Counted from the stretch's first letter, positions 20,218 through 32,886 are shown. The stretch is DNA of 64,000 nt from Gammaproteobacteria bacterium (GCA_965205685.1 OZ242174.1:214562-278561); one strand, 5' to 3'. Notes: generated from the letters alone by a model not told the origin. A program made the numbers and translations.

Positions 20218-21264
20218 ATGGACAACGAATATTATTCCCAGGAAAACCACGGCCCGTACTCCATGTACGAACTGGGCGATTTCGAACTGGAATGCGGCAA
20301 AACCCTGCCTAACTGCCAGCTGGCCTATGCATGTTTCGGTGAGCTGAACGAAGACAAGACCAACGCGGTCGTTTTCACGGTCATGTTTTCCGGGACCAAC
20401 AAGGCCATGGAGTCGTACATCGGCAAGGGCCTGGCACTGGATCCTGAAAAATACTTCATCATCGTGCCCAATCAGATCGGCAGCGGCCTGTCGACCTCAC
20501 CGCACAATGCCCCGTTGCCGGACAACGGCGCGGACTTCCCGGACATCTCTATCGGTGATGACGTGCGTGCGCAGCATCAGTTGCTGACCGAGGAATTCGG
20601 CGTGAAGAGTATTGAGCTGGTGACCGGCTGGTCCATGGGTGCGCAGCAGACCTACGAGTGGTGCGTGCGCTATCCGGATTTGGTCAAGCGGGCCGCCCCG
20701 ATCGGCGGCACGGCAAAGTGCACCCCGCACGACTCCCTGTACGTGGACGTGTTCTGCGATGCGCTGAAATCGGACCCGGCCTGGGAGGGCGGTCGCTATA
20801 CGGATGCGCACGGCGTTGAGCTGGGCCTCAAGCGCATGGCTCACGTGTTCGCCCTGATGGGGAACTGCACGGAGTTCTACCGCCAGCAAAAATGGGAGGC
20901 GCTCGGCATCGACTCGCTGGACAACTATCTGACGGGCTTCTGGGAAGCCTGGTTCAAGCCCATGGACCCCAACAACCTGCTGTGCATGGCCTCGAAGTGG
21001 AAACACGGAGACGTCGGCGCCTTCACCGGGAAGAGCCTGGAAGCCACCTTGGGGGCCATTCAGGCCAAGGTGTTCGTCATTGCCTTCACCCATGACATGT
21101 TCATTCCTCTGGGCGACTGTCAGGCCGAGCAGCAGATGATTCCCAACAGCGAGCTCAAGGAGGTGCCCACCCTGGCCGGGCATTTCGGCATGCTGGGCCT
21201 GCTGGAAGGCGATTTCGACCAGATCAACGGCTATTTGGGCGAGTTGCTGCAAACGGCACACTGA
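20218..21264 (+). CDS. homoserine O-acetyltransferase-like alpha/beta hydrolase
   Basis: GELNEDKTNA, LDPEKYFII, GWSMGAQQ nucleophile elbow, late Asp and GH. Confidence 0.82.
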   Translation: MDNEYYSQENHGPYSMYELGDFELECGKTLPNCQLAYACFGELNEDKTNAVVFTVMFSGTNKAMESYIGKGLALDPEKYFIIVPNQIGSGLSTSPHNAPLPDNGADFPDISIGDDVRAQHQLLTEEFGVKSIELVTGWSMGAQQTYEWCVRYPDLVKRAAPIGGTAKCTPHDSLYVDVFCDALKSDPAWEGGRYTDAHGVELGLKRMAHVFALMGNCTEFYRQQKWEALGIDSLDNYLTGFWEAWFKPMDPNNLLCMASKWKHGDVGAFTGKSLEATLGAIQAKVFVIAFTHDMFIPLGDCQAEQQMIPNSELKEVPTLAGHFGMLGLLEGDFDQINGYLGELLQTAH

Positions 21265-21353
21265 GCACAGACACCTCCGGACCTTTTCCTGGCGACCTCA
21301 TGTGGGTCGTCAGGCGGGTCGTGCCGGACCTTAACCGCTGCTGTTGCGATGCC

Positions 21354-22106
21354 TCAATCTGATCGTACAGGCACCATCTTGCGATAAGGCAAGCGCATAG
21401 CAATCGCTGAGATGGCAAAACACAAAACGAGGAAGGGTCCTGCGGGCAAATCCATGATTGCCGATATCAGGACAGCCGCAACCACGGCAGCGGCACCGCT
21501 CATGTAGGCACGCAACAGAATGTAGCCCTGTCCCTTTCGTGCCGCCAGGGCCGGCAGAATAAGGCTTGCAAATACCACGTAGACACCGACCAACTGCACC
21601 GAGGCAGTAATCACCAGGGCAAACAGCAGGAAAAAACCGGTGCCGCTTTGAAGGCGCGGGGTTGTGAACCAGGCAATCATGAAAAGAACGTAGATCGGCA
21701 GGAAGGCGGCAATGTCTGCCCATGAGATGAACAGGATCTGGCCGGAGAGCACTTCGTTCAGCATCTTGCCTCCATGGGGGTCGTTGGCGAGGACAAGCAG
21801 GCCCAGTGAAGCGGTGACGATAAAGCTGCTGCCGATGACCCCTTCCTGCTCGTCCGGCGAGACGCGCTCGATCCAGCGGAAGAACAGTGCGATGGCGATC
21901 CCGGCACCGAACGACACGCCCTGGTGCACCATCCAGAACGGGTCTTCCAGCCACAGATTGAGCAGGATGAGGGCAAGTCCGACCACTTGTGCCGTGGCCA
22001 GATCAATAAACACGATGCCGCGCTTGAGAACCTCGATCCCGAGCGGGGCATGGGCGGCCAGGACGATCAAGCCGGCCACCAGACCCGGGGCAAGGATGTC
22101 AAGCAA
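21354..22106 (-). CDS. metal (Zn/Mn) ABC transporter permease
   Basis: LGIEVLKRGIVFIDLA, GQILF, VFASLILPA. Confidence 0.88.
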   Translation of the reverse strand: MLDILAPGLVAGLIVLAAHAPLGIEVLKRGIVFIDLATAQVVGLALILLNLWLEDPFWMVHQGVSFGAGIAIALFFRWIERVSPDEQEGVIGSSFIVTASLGLLVLANDPHGGKMLNEVLSGQILFISWADIAAFLPIYVLFMIAWFTTPRLQSGTGFFLLFALVITASVQLVGVYVVFASLILPALAARKGQGYILLRAYMSGAAAVVAAVLISAIMDLPAGPFLVLCFAISAIAMRLPYRKMVPVRSD

Positions 22107-22107
22107 G

Positions 22108-23043
22108 CTAAGGTCGATTACCAGCCTCCTGCAGCAATGTCAGTGTGACATCGAACAGGGAGAAGAGATCTTGCACCTCGGGATGGCCACCCACGGTGTA
22201 GGGAAGTTCCACCATTGGAACTGCGGTTTTCCTGAAAAGCCAGTCCGCGGCATCTGCGGGCTCAAAAGGTGCGAGCAGGATCGCCTTGGCATCGCTGTCC
22301 CGTGCCACCTCGAGTACCTGCGCGAGTTGTGATGCCGTCGGTGGAATTCCTGGAGTCCGTTCAAGCGAGGCAACCCGTTCCAGTCCGGCCCACTGCAGCA
22401 GGTAGGTCCAAGACTTGTGATAAACGATCACCTTCATGCCACGCAGATGTTCTACGCGTTCCTGCCATCTCGCCATTGCATCCGCCCAGCGGGCCTGGAA
22501 GGAAGAGAGGCGCTCCCGGTACGCATCGGAACGGGAGGGATCGATGCGTACCAGACGGAGTGCCAGCACTTCAGCGAGAGTAGCGATGTTTCGGGGGTCG
22601 AGGTGAACATGTGGATTTCCGCTCGGGTGAATATCGCCAAGGCTGCGGTCGATGATTTCGGGTCGCTCCAGCACCGTGACGTGATCGGCCGCCATGATGT
22701 GGCCCGGCTGGCCCGGCTGGACAATCTGCCGGGCACCCCTTTGCATCAGTACCGGCAGCCAGCCGACTTCAAGCTCTGCACCGGAACAGAACACGATGTC
22801 CGCTCTGCGCACTTTCGCAATCAGGCTTGGACGGGCACGGATGTAGTGTGCATCCTGCCGCCCATGGGTTGCCGAATGAACGATCACGTCATCCCCGCCG
22901 ATTTCCTCGGCGAGCGCCGCCCACTCGGGTTCACAGGCCAGTATGCGGATCGGGTCCTGAGTTGCGGCCAGAGTGACGAGTGTGCTGCAAAGCGCCACAC
23001 ACAGGAGCGCTGCTTGCAAGCCCTTCACGGTTAAGCCTCCCAT
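22108..23043 (-). CDS. zinc ABC transporter substrate-binding protein (ZnuA-like)
   Basis: QDAHY, GAELEVGW, GDIHPSGNPHVHLDP, YHKSW. Confidence 0.9.
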   Translation of the reverse strand: MGGLTVKGLQAALLCVALCSTLVTLAATQDPIRILACEPEWAALAEEIGGDDVIVHSATHGRQDAHYIRARPSLIAKVRRADIVFCSGAELEVGWLPVLMQRGARQIVQPGQPGHIMAADHVTVLERPEIIDRSLGDIHPSGNPHVHLDPRNIATLAEVLALRLVRIDPSRSDAYRERLSSFQARWADAMARWQERVEHLRGMKVIVYHKSWTYLLQWAGLERVASLERTPGIPPTASQLAQVLEVARDSDAKAILLAPFEPADAADWLFRKTAVPMVELPYTVGGHPEVQDLFSLFDVTLTLLQEAGNRP

Positions 23044-23046
23044 AGT

Positions 23047-24606
23047 CTAGAAGCTGTGCGCGGCATGAGCACCAAGACTCATGATGTATTGCAGGATGAA
23101 CTGGTCGTCGTCTTCTCCGTTGAAGGACTCCCGGTTGTACTGGAATCGTATGCGCCCGAACTCGCTGTTGGTCCAGTCGATCATGGCGCTCAGCGAATAG
23201 GGGTCGTGGGACAACTCCGCATCATTGGGCGTGGAGAGGCGTGAGTAACGGGTACCAACTCTCCAGTTGGGATGGAACTTGTACACCGCCTGGGCATACC
23301 AGCCACGGCTGTCTGCGCTGAGCGACTCGGTGACGTCGTCAAGGTGCACTTCACACGTCGAGTGGTCGTTCGGATCCGTACACTCCTCATGCTCTTCCTG
23401 CAACGTGTAATCGCCCGATTCGTCGCGCCAGAAATACTCGCTCTGGAGGATCAGTTCACGCTCTTTCGCATTGCCGGTGGGTGCCCAGGTATAGCGAAAA
23501 TCAATCGCGTAAAGGCTTGAATCGCCCGTGAACATTCCATCGGACAGGAATTCGGCCAACTCCATGTGTTCCTCGTGTTCCTCGTGTTCCTCATGCCCGT
23601 GTTCATCTTCTTCGTGCTCGTCGTGCCCGTGTTCATCTTCTTCGTGCTCGTCGTGCCCGTGCTCCTCGTGTTCCTCATGTTCCTCATGCCCGTGTTCCCC
23701 ATGAGCATGGGCATGTCCGCCACTGCGGTTGTAAGCTTTTCCGTCAAGCACGTAGCCGCCGATCCTCCAGGCCGAATTGGCACCGATGTCGCCACCGAAC
23801 CGCACATAGGCGGACCCGGCATTGCGACCGTCCCTAGAGCCCCCGAAAGGCATGTCATCACCGCGAAAGATTCCGGCACCGACTTCTCCGTAGAGGTCTC
23901 CGGGCAAAACGAGGGCGACCTCCAGACCGTCGTCATTGAAATGACCGTCCAGGAATGCGCGGTAGGGCAGTGGGCGGTCGGTGAAATCGTCTGCGTGCTG
24001 GTGCTGCTCGTTCAGGTAACCGAATGTCCACAGTGCACGCCCTGCCTTGACACGCATACCGTCCGGCAAACCGGCCCCGGGGAGGGTCTGGATATACGCT
24101 TCTTCGAGTTCGAGCTCGGTCGGCTCGCCGGCATGAACGCCAAGGCCGAGTGTGAGGTTTCCAAAAAACTTGTCGTCTACATTGCCTGAAAGCGTGATTT
24201 CGCTGTGACCCAGCGTGAGGCCCTCATCCGGACGCTCGCCATGGTGGCCGAGCTGGAAACCGGGGATGCCCGTCTGCTCCTCGGAATATTCCGACAGCAT
24301 GCCGTTGAATACGACGCCGATCGCCGGATTGAAGCTGTTGTCAGCAACCTGCCGGGACGGGCGTGCGATCGGGGTGTGTGCGTGTACCGTGTCCGCCACC
24401 CGGGATTCGCCCTTGAGCGCTTCCACCTGGGCTTCAAGCTCTGCGATGCGTTTTTCGTAATCATGCTTGAGAATCTGGATTTGTTTAGCCAGTTCCTCTG
24501 TGGTGGGTGCCGGTTGTGAATGGGCCACAGAGGCGGCCACCAGAATCGCCAACCCGATCACACATGCACGCACAACACCGAAAATTTCATTGCTCACCAA
24601 TTTCAC
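23047..24606 (-). CDS. zinc-regulated outer-membrane beta-barrel receptor/porin with His/Glu-rich loop
   Basis: Signal peptide, FNPAIG, LEEAY, FGYLNEQHQH, C-terminal GAHAAHSF. Confidence 0.8.
   Translation of the reverse strand: MKLVSNEIFGVVRACVIGLAILVAASVAHSQPAPTTEELAKQIQILKHDYEKRIAELEAQVEALKGESRVADTVHAHTPIARPSRQVADNSFNPAIGVVFNGMLSEYSEEQTGIPGFQLGHHGERPDEGLTLGHSEITLSGNVDDKFFGNLTLGLGVHAGEPTELELEEAYIQTLPGAGLPDGMRVKAGRALWTFGYLNEQHQHADDFTDRPLPYRAFLDGHFNDDGLEVALVLPGDLYGEVGAGIFRGDDMPFGGSRDGRNAGSAYVRFGGDIGANSAWRIGGYVLDGKAYNRSGGHAHAHGEHGHEEHEEHEEHGHDEHEEDEHGHDEHEEDEHGHEEHEEHEEHMELAEFLSDGMFTGDSSLYAIDFRYTWAPTGNAKERELILQSEYFWRDESGDYTLQEEHEECTDPNDHSTCEVHLDDVTESLSADSRGWYAQAVYKFHPNWRVGTRYSRLSTPNDAELSHDPYSLSAMIDWTNSEFGRIRFQYNRESFNGEDDDQFILQYIMSLGAHAAHSF
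23566..23712 (-). repeat. His/Glu-coding tandem repeats (30-bp unit plus 9-bp units)
   Basis: Encodes HAHAHGEHGHEEHEEHEEHGHDEHEEDEHGHDEHEEDEHGHEEHEEHEEH; unit GTGCCCGTGTTCATCTTCTTCGTGCTCGTC repeats in tandem. Confidence 0.9.
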
Positions 24607-24645
24607 TGCTACCTCCCATAGGTACGAAACACGGCTATGTTCTTT

Positions 24646-24683
24646 TGAACGTTACACTATAACATATTGGAAGAGTATAACAT
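24646..24683. promoter_or_regulatory. Zur box plus adjacent half-site
   Basis: TGAACGTTACACTATAACATATT resembles GAAATGTTATANTATAACATTTC; second TATAACAT at 24676-24683; about 40 bp upstream of the Zn uptake operon. Confidence 0.75.
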
Positions 24684-24775
24684 CACAGGTCATGCAGATT
24701 GCAGGTGTGGCCCGCTCGGCGTTCAGGTTGCTCAGCATCGGGATCGTGGGCATCGGCCAAACAGGAGACTGCGTG

Positions 24776-26819
<2,044 letters not shown>

Positions 26820-26949
26820 GTCGGGAATCCTCCCTTGATCGGGTTTGCCATTTCGGTGTCAGCGGGGCGGCTATGATAGTATCTGGCCCAGGAAATATGA
26901 ACCATGAAACGGCATCGAACCCGAGCCGCCAAGCCCGCACCCTGCCCCA

Positions 26950-27696
26950 ATGACTGAACGGTCCGCTTCCGATCGTCTGATTGTCGCCCTGGATTTCGAC
27001 ACCGCCGATCAGGCCGATGCCCTGGTGGACAGCCTCGGGGATACGGTGGGCTTTTACAAGGTCGGCTGGCAGCTTTTCATCGGTGCTGGCTGGCCCTTTG
27101 TCCGCAGCCTACTGGCCCGGGGCAAGAGGGTGTTTCTCGATCTCAAGATCGGCGATATCGACAACACGGTACGCGCCGCGCTGAACAATATACCGGATGA
27201 GTTTACAGGCCGGCTTGAGCTGCTGACCCTGCAGGGCAACGAGGCCACGGTGCGCGCCGCGAAAGCCGGACGCCACGGTGAAAAGCCTGCCCTGCTGATG
27301 GTCACCTTGCTGTCGAGCATGGATGGCACGGACCTGATTGACGGCGAGGTGGATGGTCAGCCCCCCCTGGACACCTCGGACCTGGTGCGCCTTCGCGCGT
27401 TGCGGGCACTGGAGGCCGGTTGTGAGGGACTGATCGCTTCCGGTCAGTCGGTGCGGGAGTTGCGCGAGGCCTTTGCGGACCGGACCTTTTTGATCGTGAC
27501 CCCGGGCATTCGCCTGCAAGGCGAGGCCTTGGACGAGCACAAGCGCTCGCTCACTCCCTATCAGGCGATCCTGGACGGCTCGGACTATCTGGTGGTCGGG
27601 CGCCCGATCGCCGGCGCTGCGCATCCACAGGAGTCCGCCACCACAATCGTGTCCGAGATCGAGCGTGCCCTGCAGGAGCGCACAGCCGGCCCCTGA
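26950..27696 (+). CDS. pyrF: orotidine-5'-phosphate decarboxylase
   Basis: LIVALD, YKVG, FLDLKIGDIDNT, VTPGIR, VVGRPI. Confidence 0.93.
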   Translation: MTERSASDRLIVALDFDTADQADALVDSLGDTVGFYKVGWQLFIGAGWPFVRSLLARGKRVFLDLKIGDIDNTVRAALNNIPDEFTGRLELLTLQGNEATVRAAKAGRHGEKPALLMVTLLSSMDGTDLIDGEVDGQPPLDTSDLVRLRALRALEAGCEGLIASGQSVRELREAFADRTFLIVTPGIRLQGEALDEHKRSLTPYQAILDGSDYLVVGRPIAGAAHPQESATTIVSEIERALQERTAGP

Positions 27697-27857
27697 ACTC
27701 CCTGCGATGTGATTCCAATGCCACGGGTGGACCCGCAGGCCGCCCGCACGGACGCTCAAGGAAACCCCCACATATAATAGGGGGGAATTGCTGGCGGGAA
27801 TGCAATACCATTAGGGAAACCCGATGCGTTCTGGGCCGAGCGGGAAAGGGAAGTACC

Positions 27858-29333
27858 ATGGATCAAGAGGATAAAGAGGCGGATACGCGCAAAGTTTCCG
27901 GCGAAGGTGCCGCAGCTGGCAGCGATCTGCAGATGATGCCCGAACAGATGCTGGACCTTGCGCAAAAAGCGGCCCGACTTGTGGTCGAGCGCATGGAAAC
28001 CCTGCCGCAGGAGGGTGCCTGGGAAGGCGAATTCAAGGAGGAACTCGCGGACCAGTTCATGGGAGATCCTCCCGAAGCGGGTCGCCCGCCCGAGGAAGTC
28101 CTCGAGCAGGCGGCACGCAAGATCCTGCCGATTGCCACCCGCCTGGATCACCCGCGTTGCTTCGCCTTTATTCCCACCTCGCCGACCTGGCCCGGCGTGC
28201 TGGCAGATTTCATGGCTGCGGCCTACACCATCAATACGGCCACCTGGCTGACTTCAAGCGGGCCGAGCCAGGTGGAGCTGGCCGTCATCGACTGGTTCAG
28301 GCGCTGGCTGGGGTATCCGGAAGGTGCGGGTGGGCTGCTCACCAGCGGCGGCTCGGCCGCCAGCGTCAATGCTCTGGTGGCTGCACGCGAACATGCGGGC
28401 AACCCGGAACGCGCAGCCGTGTACATGAGTGACCAGAGCCACAGCGCGCACGTTCGTGCCGCCCGGATCATTGGAATCCGGCCCGAGGGCATCCGCATGA
28501 TCGCAAGCGATGCGTGCTATCGCCTGGACATGGAGGCGCTGGTGCGTGTGGTGGCGCAGGATCGTGAACAGGGCATCAACCCGATTGCCATATGCGCAAA
28601 TGCAGGAGCCGCCAGCACCGGCGCCATCGATCCGCTGGAGGCGATGGCAGAGTTCTGCGAGAAGGAAGGGATCTGGCTGCACGTGGATGCCGCATACGGG
28701 GGGTTTGCCGTCGTCACCAGGGAAGGCAAGCAGCGCCTGCGCGGGATCGAGCGCGCCGATTCCGTCGGTCTGGATGCGCACAAGTGGTTCTTTCAGCCCT
28801 ACGAGGCCGGCAGTCTCCTGGTCAAGGACATCCGTACGCTGGAACGCGCCTTCGGGGTACATCACGACGTCCTGCAGGATACGATTTGGGGTGCGAACCA
28901 CCCCAACTTTTCGGACCGCGGCCTGCAGTTGAGCCGTTCATTCCGGGCCCTGAAAATCTGGATGTCCGTGCAGACCTTCGGCATGGTCGCGTTTCGCAGC
29001 GCCGTCTCCAAAGGAATGGAGCTTGCGAGCCGGGCCGAGCAGTTCGTGCGCGAAAGCCCGGACCTTGAACTGCTGAATCCCGTGTCCCTGTCGATCGTGT
29101 GCTTCCGAGTCAATCCAGCGGACGCTGAACTGGATGAGGACGCGCTGGAAAAAATCAACCGCACCGTGCTCGCCGAGGTGTTCTGGGATGACCGGGCGCT
29201 GATGTCCTCGACGACACTCGGCAAGACGTTTTCCCTGAGGCTGTGCATCCTCAACCACACGACAAGCTGGGAGGACGTACAGGAAACCCTGGAGACTATC
29301 GTCCGGTTCGGGAAAGAAGCCCAGGGTAAATAG
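27858..29333 (+). CDS. group II PLP-dependent decarboxylase (aromatic-L-amino-acid decarboxylase-like)
   Basis: DHPRCFAF, TSGGS, GAIDPL, WLHVDAAYGG, DAHKW, SRSFRALK. Confidence 0.9.
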   Translation: MDQEDKEADTRKVSGEGAAAGSDLQMMPEQMLDLAQKAARLVVERMETLPQEGAWEGEFKEELADQFMGDPPEAGRPPEEVLEQAARKILPIATRLDHPRCFAFIPTSPTWPGVLADFMAAAYTINTATWLTSSGPSQVELAVIDWFRRWLGYPEGAGGLLTSGGSAASVNALVAAREHAGNPERAAVYMSDQSHSAHVRAARIIGIRPEGIRMIASDACYRLDMEALVRVVAQDREQGINPIAICANAGAASTGAIDPLEAMAEFCEKEGIWLHVDAAYGGFAVVTREGKQRLRGIERADSVGLDAHKWFFQPYEAGSLLVKDIRTLERAFGVHHDVLQDTIWGANHPNFSDRGLQLSRSFRALKIWMSVQTFGMVAFRSAVSKGMELASRAEQFVRESPDLELLNPVSLSIVCFRVNPADAELDEDALEKINRTVLAEVFWDDRALMSSTTLGKTFSLRLCILNHTTSWEDVQETLETIVRFGKEAQGK

Positions 29334-29560
29334 GAGAAGTTGTGCTCGCCTGCGCCCTTCGACCCGGGCGTGAAGGCAGGATTTTGCTACGGTACAATTC
29401 CCCACCATCCCGTGCCTAGAAGTACACATTTCAGCACACTTAGCTTCCCAAATTTCGCTGTTTGCAGTCATGGCCGGACTAGATCCAGCAGTCCGCTGCT
29501 AACTACCAGATTATCCTTTATTAAATTGCAATTAATGCAGAAATATGTGATCATTATGAA

Positions 29561-30775
29561 ATGATTCATAGATTTCGTATCAATAATTTCCAATCCATCC
29601 GAGAGGATGTAGAACTCGACCTGCGTATTCCAGGTACTACTCCAGAGATGCCTTGCTTCAGGGGCAGCCGTTCACGGCCCGACATTCGTCTCCCAAGTGT
29701 TGTCGCCCTAGTTGGCCCCAATGGGTCCGGCAAGACGGCCTTGCTACGTGCCATTATGGCAACAGTAAACTTTGCAGCATTTTCATACCGATCCTACAAC
29801 TCAGGAAGCACCTCTGAATTTATTCCCTTTCTTTCGCCGGAGACGAGGGCAGCACCAACCCGTGTTGAAGTAGAATTTGATGCAGCGTGGCTGGATTCTG
29901 AATCAGGGAAGACCAGTTCACTACTTCGTTACACCCTGATACTTGTACGTGAGGGTGAGTTCGATCTCGTACCCACCAGTGTCGACTACGAAGCACTGCA
30001 TGCTTTCCCGAAGGGACGTCCCAGGCGTATCTTAGAGCGGCGCCGAGACAAGCCAATCTATATTTCTAAGGAATTAGGAGTAAGGCCACACGATGACCGC
30101 CTCTCTTCCATTCCGCCGGCCTCTTCTGTCATTTCGGCCCTTGCTGAAATGAATGTGGAATCCTTTCCAGAGATTGCGGGAGACATCGCCCGGGTGCAAA
30201 CAAACATTGTCGGCCCCGACCCCTGGCGACTCGATACGGAAACTGTAACTCGCCTCTACCAGAAAGATCAGGAACTTGTGGACAAGGTCACCAACAGGCT
30301 ACAACGCTTTGACCTCGGTATTGGAAGTATGCGGCTCCACGAGTTTCCAGTTGGACAATGGAAACTACTATTTGACCATGCAGGCTTAGATCTGCCAGTT
30401 ATTTTGGACAGAGAATCCGCAGGAACGCGTCACCTGGTTCACATCTTTCCGCAGCTTCAACTTGTCCTTGATAACGGTCATCCAGCAATCATGGATGCTC
30501 TGGACTCTGATTTTCATTCGGACCTTTCTGCTGAAATTCTGGGCTGGTTTCGACACGAACAATCCAACCCGAATGGCGCACAACTGATCTGCTCGCTTCA
30601 CAATCTGTCCGTGCTGGACGATCTTGAAAAGGAAGAGGTCTTCGTCGTTGAGAAAGACCAGCATGGTGTTACACACGTTCATGGGGCACGAGAAGTCGCA
30701 GGCCTGCGACGGGATGGCAATCTCCAAAAGCAGTACCGCAGCGGCGCAATTGGCGGATTGCCCCGATTTGGTTAA
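29561..30775 (+). CDS. AAA-family (RloA/AbiLi-like) ATPase
   Basis: NFQSI, Walker A GPNGSGKT, ESAGT signature, AQLICSLH, YRSGAIGGLP; Walker B is atypical (IMDALD). Confidence 0.85.
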   Translation: MIHRFRINNFQSIREDVELDLRIPGTTPEMPCFRGSRSRPDIRLPSVVALVGPNGSGKTALLRAIMATVNFAAFSYRSYNSGSTSEFIPFLSPETRAAPTRVEVEFDAAWLDSESGKTSSLLRYTLILVREGEFDLVPTSVDYEALHAFPKGRPRRILERRRDKPIYISKELGVRPHDDRLSSIPPASSVISALAEMNVESFPEIAGDIARVQTNIVGPDPWRLDTETVTRLYQKDQELVDKVTNRLQRFDLGIGSMRLHEFPVGQWKLLFDHAGLDLPVILDRESAGTRHLVHIFPQLQLVLDNGHPAIMDALDSDFHSDLSAEILGWFRHEQSNPNGAQLICSLHNLSVLDDLEKEEVFVVEKDQHGVTHVHGAREVAGLRRDGNLQKQYRSGAIGGLPRFG

Positions 30776-31332
30776 TGAGCATCCTTGCGGCGATCCATCC
30801 CCCAACGTAAGCGGTTTTTCATTGGTGCCGAAGGCGAAAGCGAACGGTCTCTGGCAAAGTGGCTTTCGCAGTTATGTGATGAGGCAGGGCGCCATGTTCA
30901 CTTGGATACAAGGGTCGGTAGTGGTGGAGATAGCCTGGCGGTGGTAATCCACTCGGTGAACCAATACAAGAGGCGCTCCAGGGATCACGGAAAGTATTCA
31001 GCGGGGCTAGTTCTCTTGGACTCAGATCGAATAGAAACTGACAGATCGAACGGACGTGATCCACTTACAGGTTTGGAGGGGGAGGACTTGTGTCTAGTTC
31101 GGCTAGTCCCGAATCTCGAAGGATTTTGTTGCGACTCCATCGTGGTTATGAGAACAGATTTGTGTCAGCGCAAGCTGCCAGAAGATCTCTTTTTAGGCTA
31201 TGGCCAGAATATGATAAGCCGCCCACAGCGGATGCGTTAAGCCGTCGTTTCAACCTAGAGGATCTGCAGCGAGTCGCCCAGCATGATGAGGAAATACGGC
31301 AAGCCATGGAGGTTCTAGGATTGGAATATTGA
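30775..31332 (+). pseudogene. RloB/AbiLii-like TOPRIM protein, frameshifted
   Basis: FIGAEGESE, GGD, LLDSD, PNLEG|LLRLH, WPEYDK; frameshift at GGATTTTGTTG (about 31121-31131) joins ORFs 30785-31240 and 31090-31332. Confidence 0.75.
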
Positions 31333-31385
31333 GTGGCAGTTCACCTAGAATTTGAATTTACTGTCGTGCCTGACCCGACTCGGGG

Positions 31386-32291
31386 TTATAAGGCCAGCCA
31401 GTCGCGGGCAGGTAAGAATTCCTTGTACAGGGCTTCCTCGGGGCTGCTGGGCTCCGGGTGCCAGTCGTAGTCGAAGTGCACCTGCGGGGGCAGGGACATG
31501 AGAATGGATTCCGTGCGGCCCCCGGACTGCAATCCGAACAGGGTGCCCCGGTCGTATACCAAGTTGAACTCGACGTAGCGCCCGCGCCGGTACAGCTGGA
31601 AGCGGCGTTCGCGATCCCCGAAGGGATGGTCTCGGCGGCACTCGACGATGGGCAGGTAGGCCTCGAGGAAATGCTCTCCCACGCTCTTCAGCAGACGGAA
31701 ATCCTGCTCGAACTCCCCGCTGTTGTAATCATCGAAGAACAGCCCGCCGATGCCGCGGGCCTCGTTGCGGTGGCGGATGAAGAAGTATTCATCGCAGTTT
31801 TTCTTGAACACCGGGTAGAGGCTGGCATCGATCGCATCACAGGCCTTGCGCGCGGTGCGGTGCCAGTCCACGGCATCCTCGTGAAAGCCGTAGTACGGAG
31901 TCAGGTCAAAGCCGCCGCCAAACCACCAGACCGGGTCCTGCCCGTCCCGGCTGGCCATGAAAAACCGCACGTTGCAGTGTACGGTCGGCACATACGGGTT
32001 GAGCGGGTGGATGACGGTCGACAGCCCGGTGGCCTGGAAGCGGGTTCCGGCAAGCTCCGGGCGCAGCTGGCTGGCCGATGGCGGCAGTTGCTCGCCGAAC
32101 ACGTGCGAGAAGCCGACCCCGGCCTGCTCGAACACCTGCCCGCCGCGCAGCATACAGGTGATGCCGCCGCCGCCCTCGGCGCGCTGCCAGGCATCTTCGA
32201 TGAAACGCGCCTCCCCGTCCGCATCCTCCAGGGCCTTGCAGGTTTGTGCCTGCAGGCCTTGCAGGTACTCGATGACGGGCCGGATGTTCAC
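31386..32291 (-). CDS. hemF: oxygen-dependent coproporphyrinogen III oxidase
   Basis: [41 protein letters not shown]. Confidence 0.97.
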   Translation of the reverse strand: MNIRPVIEYLQGLQAQTCKALEDADGEARFIEDAWQRAEGGGGITCMLRGGQVFEQAGVGFSHVFGEQLPPSASQLRPELAGTRFQATGLSTVIHPLNPYVPTVHCNVRFFMASRDGQDPVWWFGGGFDLTPYYGFHEDAVDWHRTARKACDAIDASLYPVFKKNCDEYFFIRHRNEARGIGGLFFDDYNSGEFEQDFRLLKSVGEHFLEAYLPIVECRRDHPFGDRERRFQLYRRGRYVEFNLVYDRGTLFGLQSGGRTESILMSLPPQVHFDYDWHPEPSSPEEALYKEFLPARDWLAL

Positions 32292-32304
32292 GGGATGCGC
32301 GGAC

Positions 32305-32862
32305 TCAGCTTCCGTGGCGGTACACTTTCATGCCCATCAGCTCACGTACCTCGCTCGGCACCCCGGTGCCCGCAGGTCCCGTAAGCACGTAGTCCAGGTG
32401 TGGCCCGAACCAGTCGCGTAGTCCCCGGGTGTCGGTAAGCACGGGATAGGAGGAGACGTTGGCACTGGTGGAGACGATGGCCCCCGCTGCCCGGCAAAGC
32501 GCACCCGCGGTGGCATGCCTTGGGATACGAAGGGCGATGCTGTCGTGGTGGCCTGTGATCCAGGTCGGCACCGATTCCTCGGCTGCCACTACCCAGGTCG
32601 TCGGCACATCGCTCTGGGCGCTGTTGATCTCAAGGCGCTGTACCGCATTCAACGGGCCGGTGTAGTCCTCCATGGCGTCCAGGTCCTCGACCAGCAGGAT
32701 CAGGCCCTTGTCGGCGCTTCGCTGTTTCAGCCACAGGACCCTGTCGACGGCCTCCCGGCAGTGTGGGTCGCAGCCCAGGCCCAGCACGGTGTCGGTGGCA
32801 TAGGCGATGACCCCGCCACACTCGATGATGCGCGCGGCCTGTTCGATCGCGTTGCTCAGCAC
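32305..32862 (-). CDS. tsaC: threonylcarbamoyl-AMP synthase (TsaC/YrdC)
   Basis: [33 protein letters not shown]. Confidence 0.9.
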   Translation of the reverse strand: MLSNAIEQAARIIECGGVIAYATDTVLGLGCDPHCREAVDRVLWLKQRSADKGLILLVEDLDAMEDYTGPLNAVQRLEINSAQSDVPTTWVVAAEESVPTWITGHHDSIALRIPRHATAGALCRAAGAIVSTSANVSSYPVLTDTRGLRDWFGPHLDYVLTGPAGTGVPSEVRELMGMKVYRHGS

Positions 32863-32886
32863 CGTGACTCCCCCGTGGGCATGGAC

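Noticed and set aside
23566-23712. Possible CRISPR-like repeat
   Set aside because: Tandem in-frame coding repeats without spacers; no cas genes in the window.
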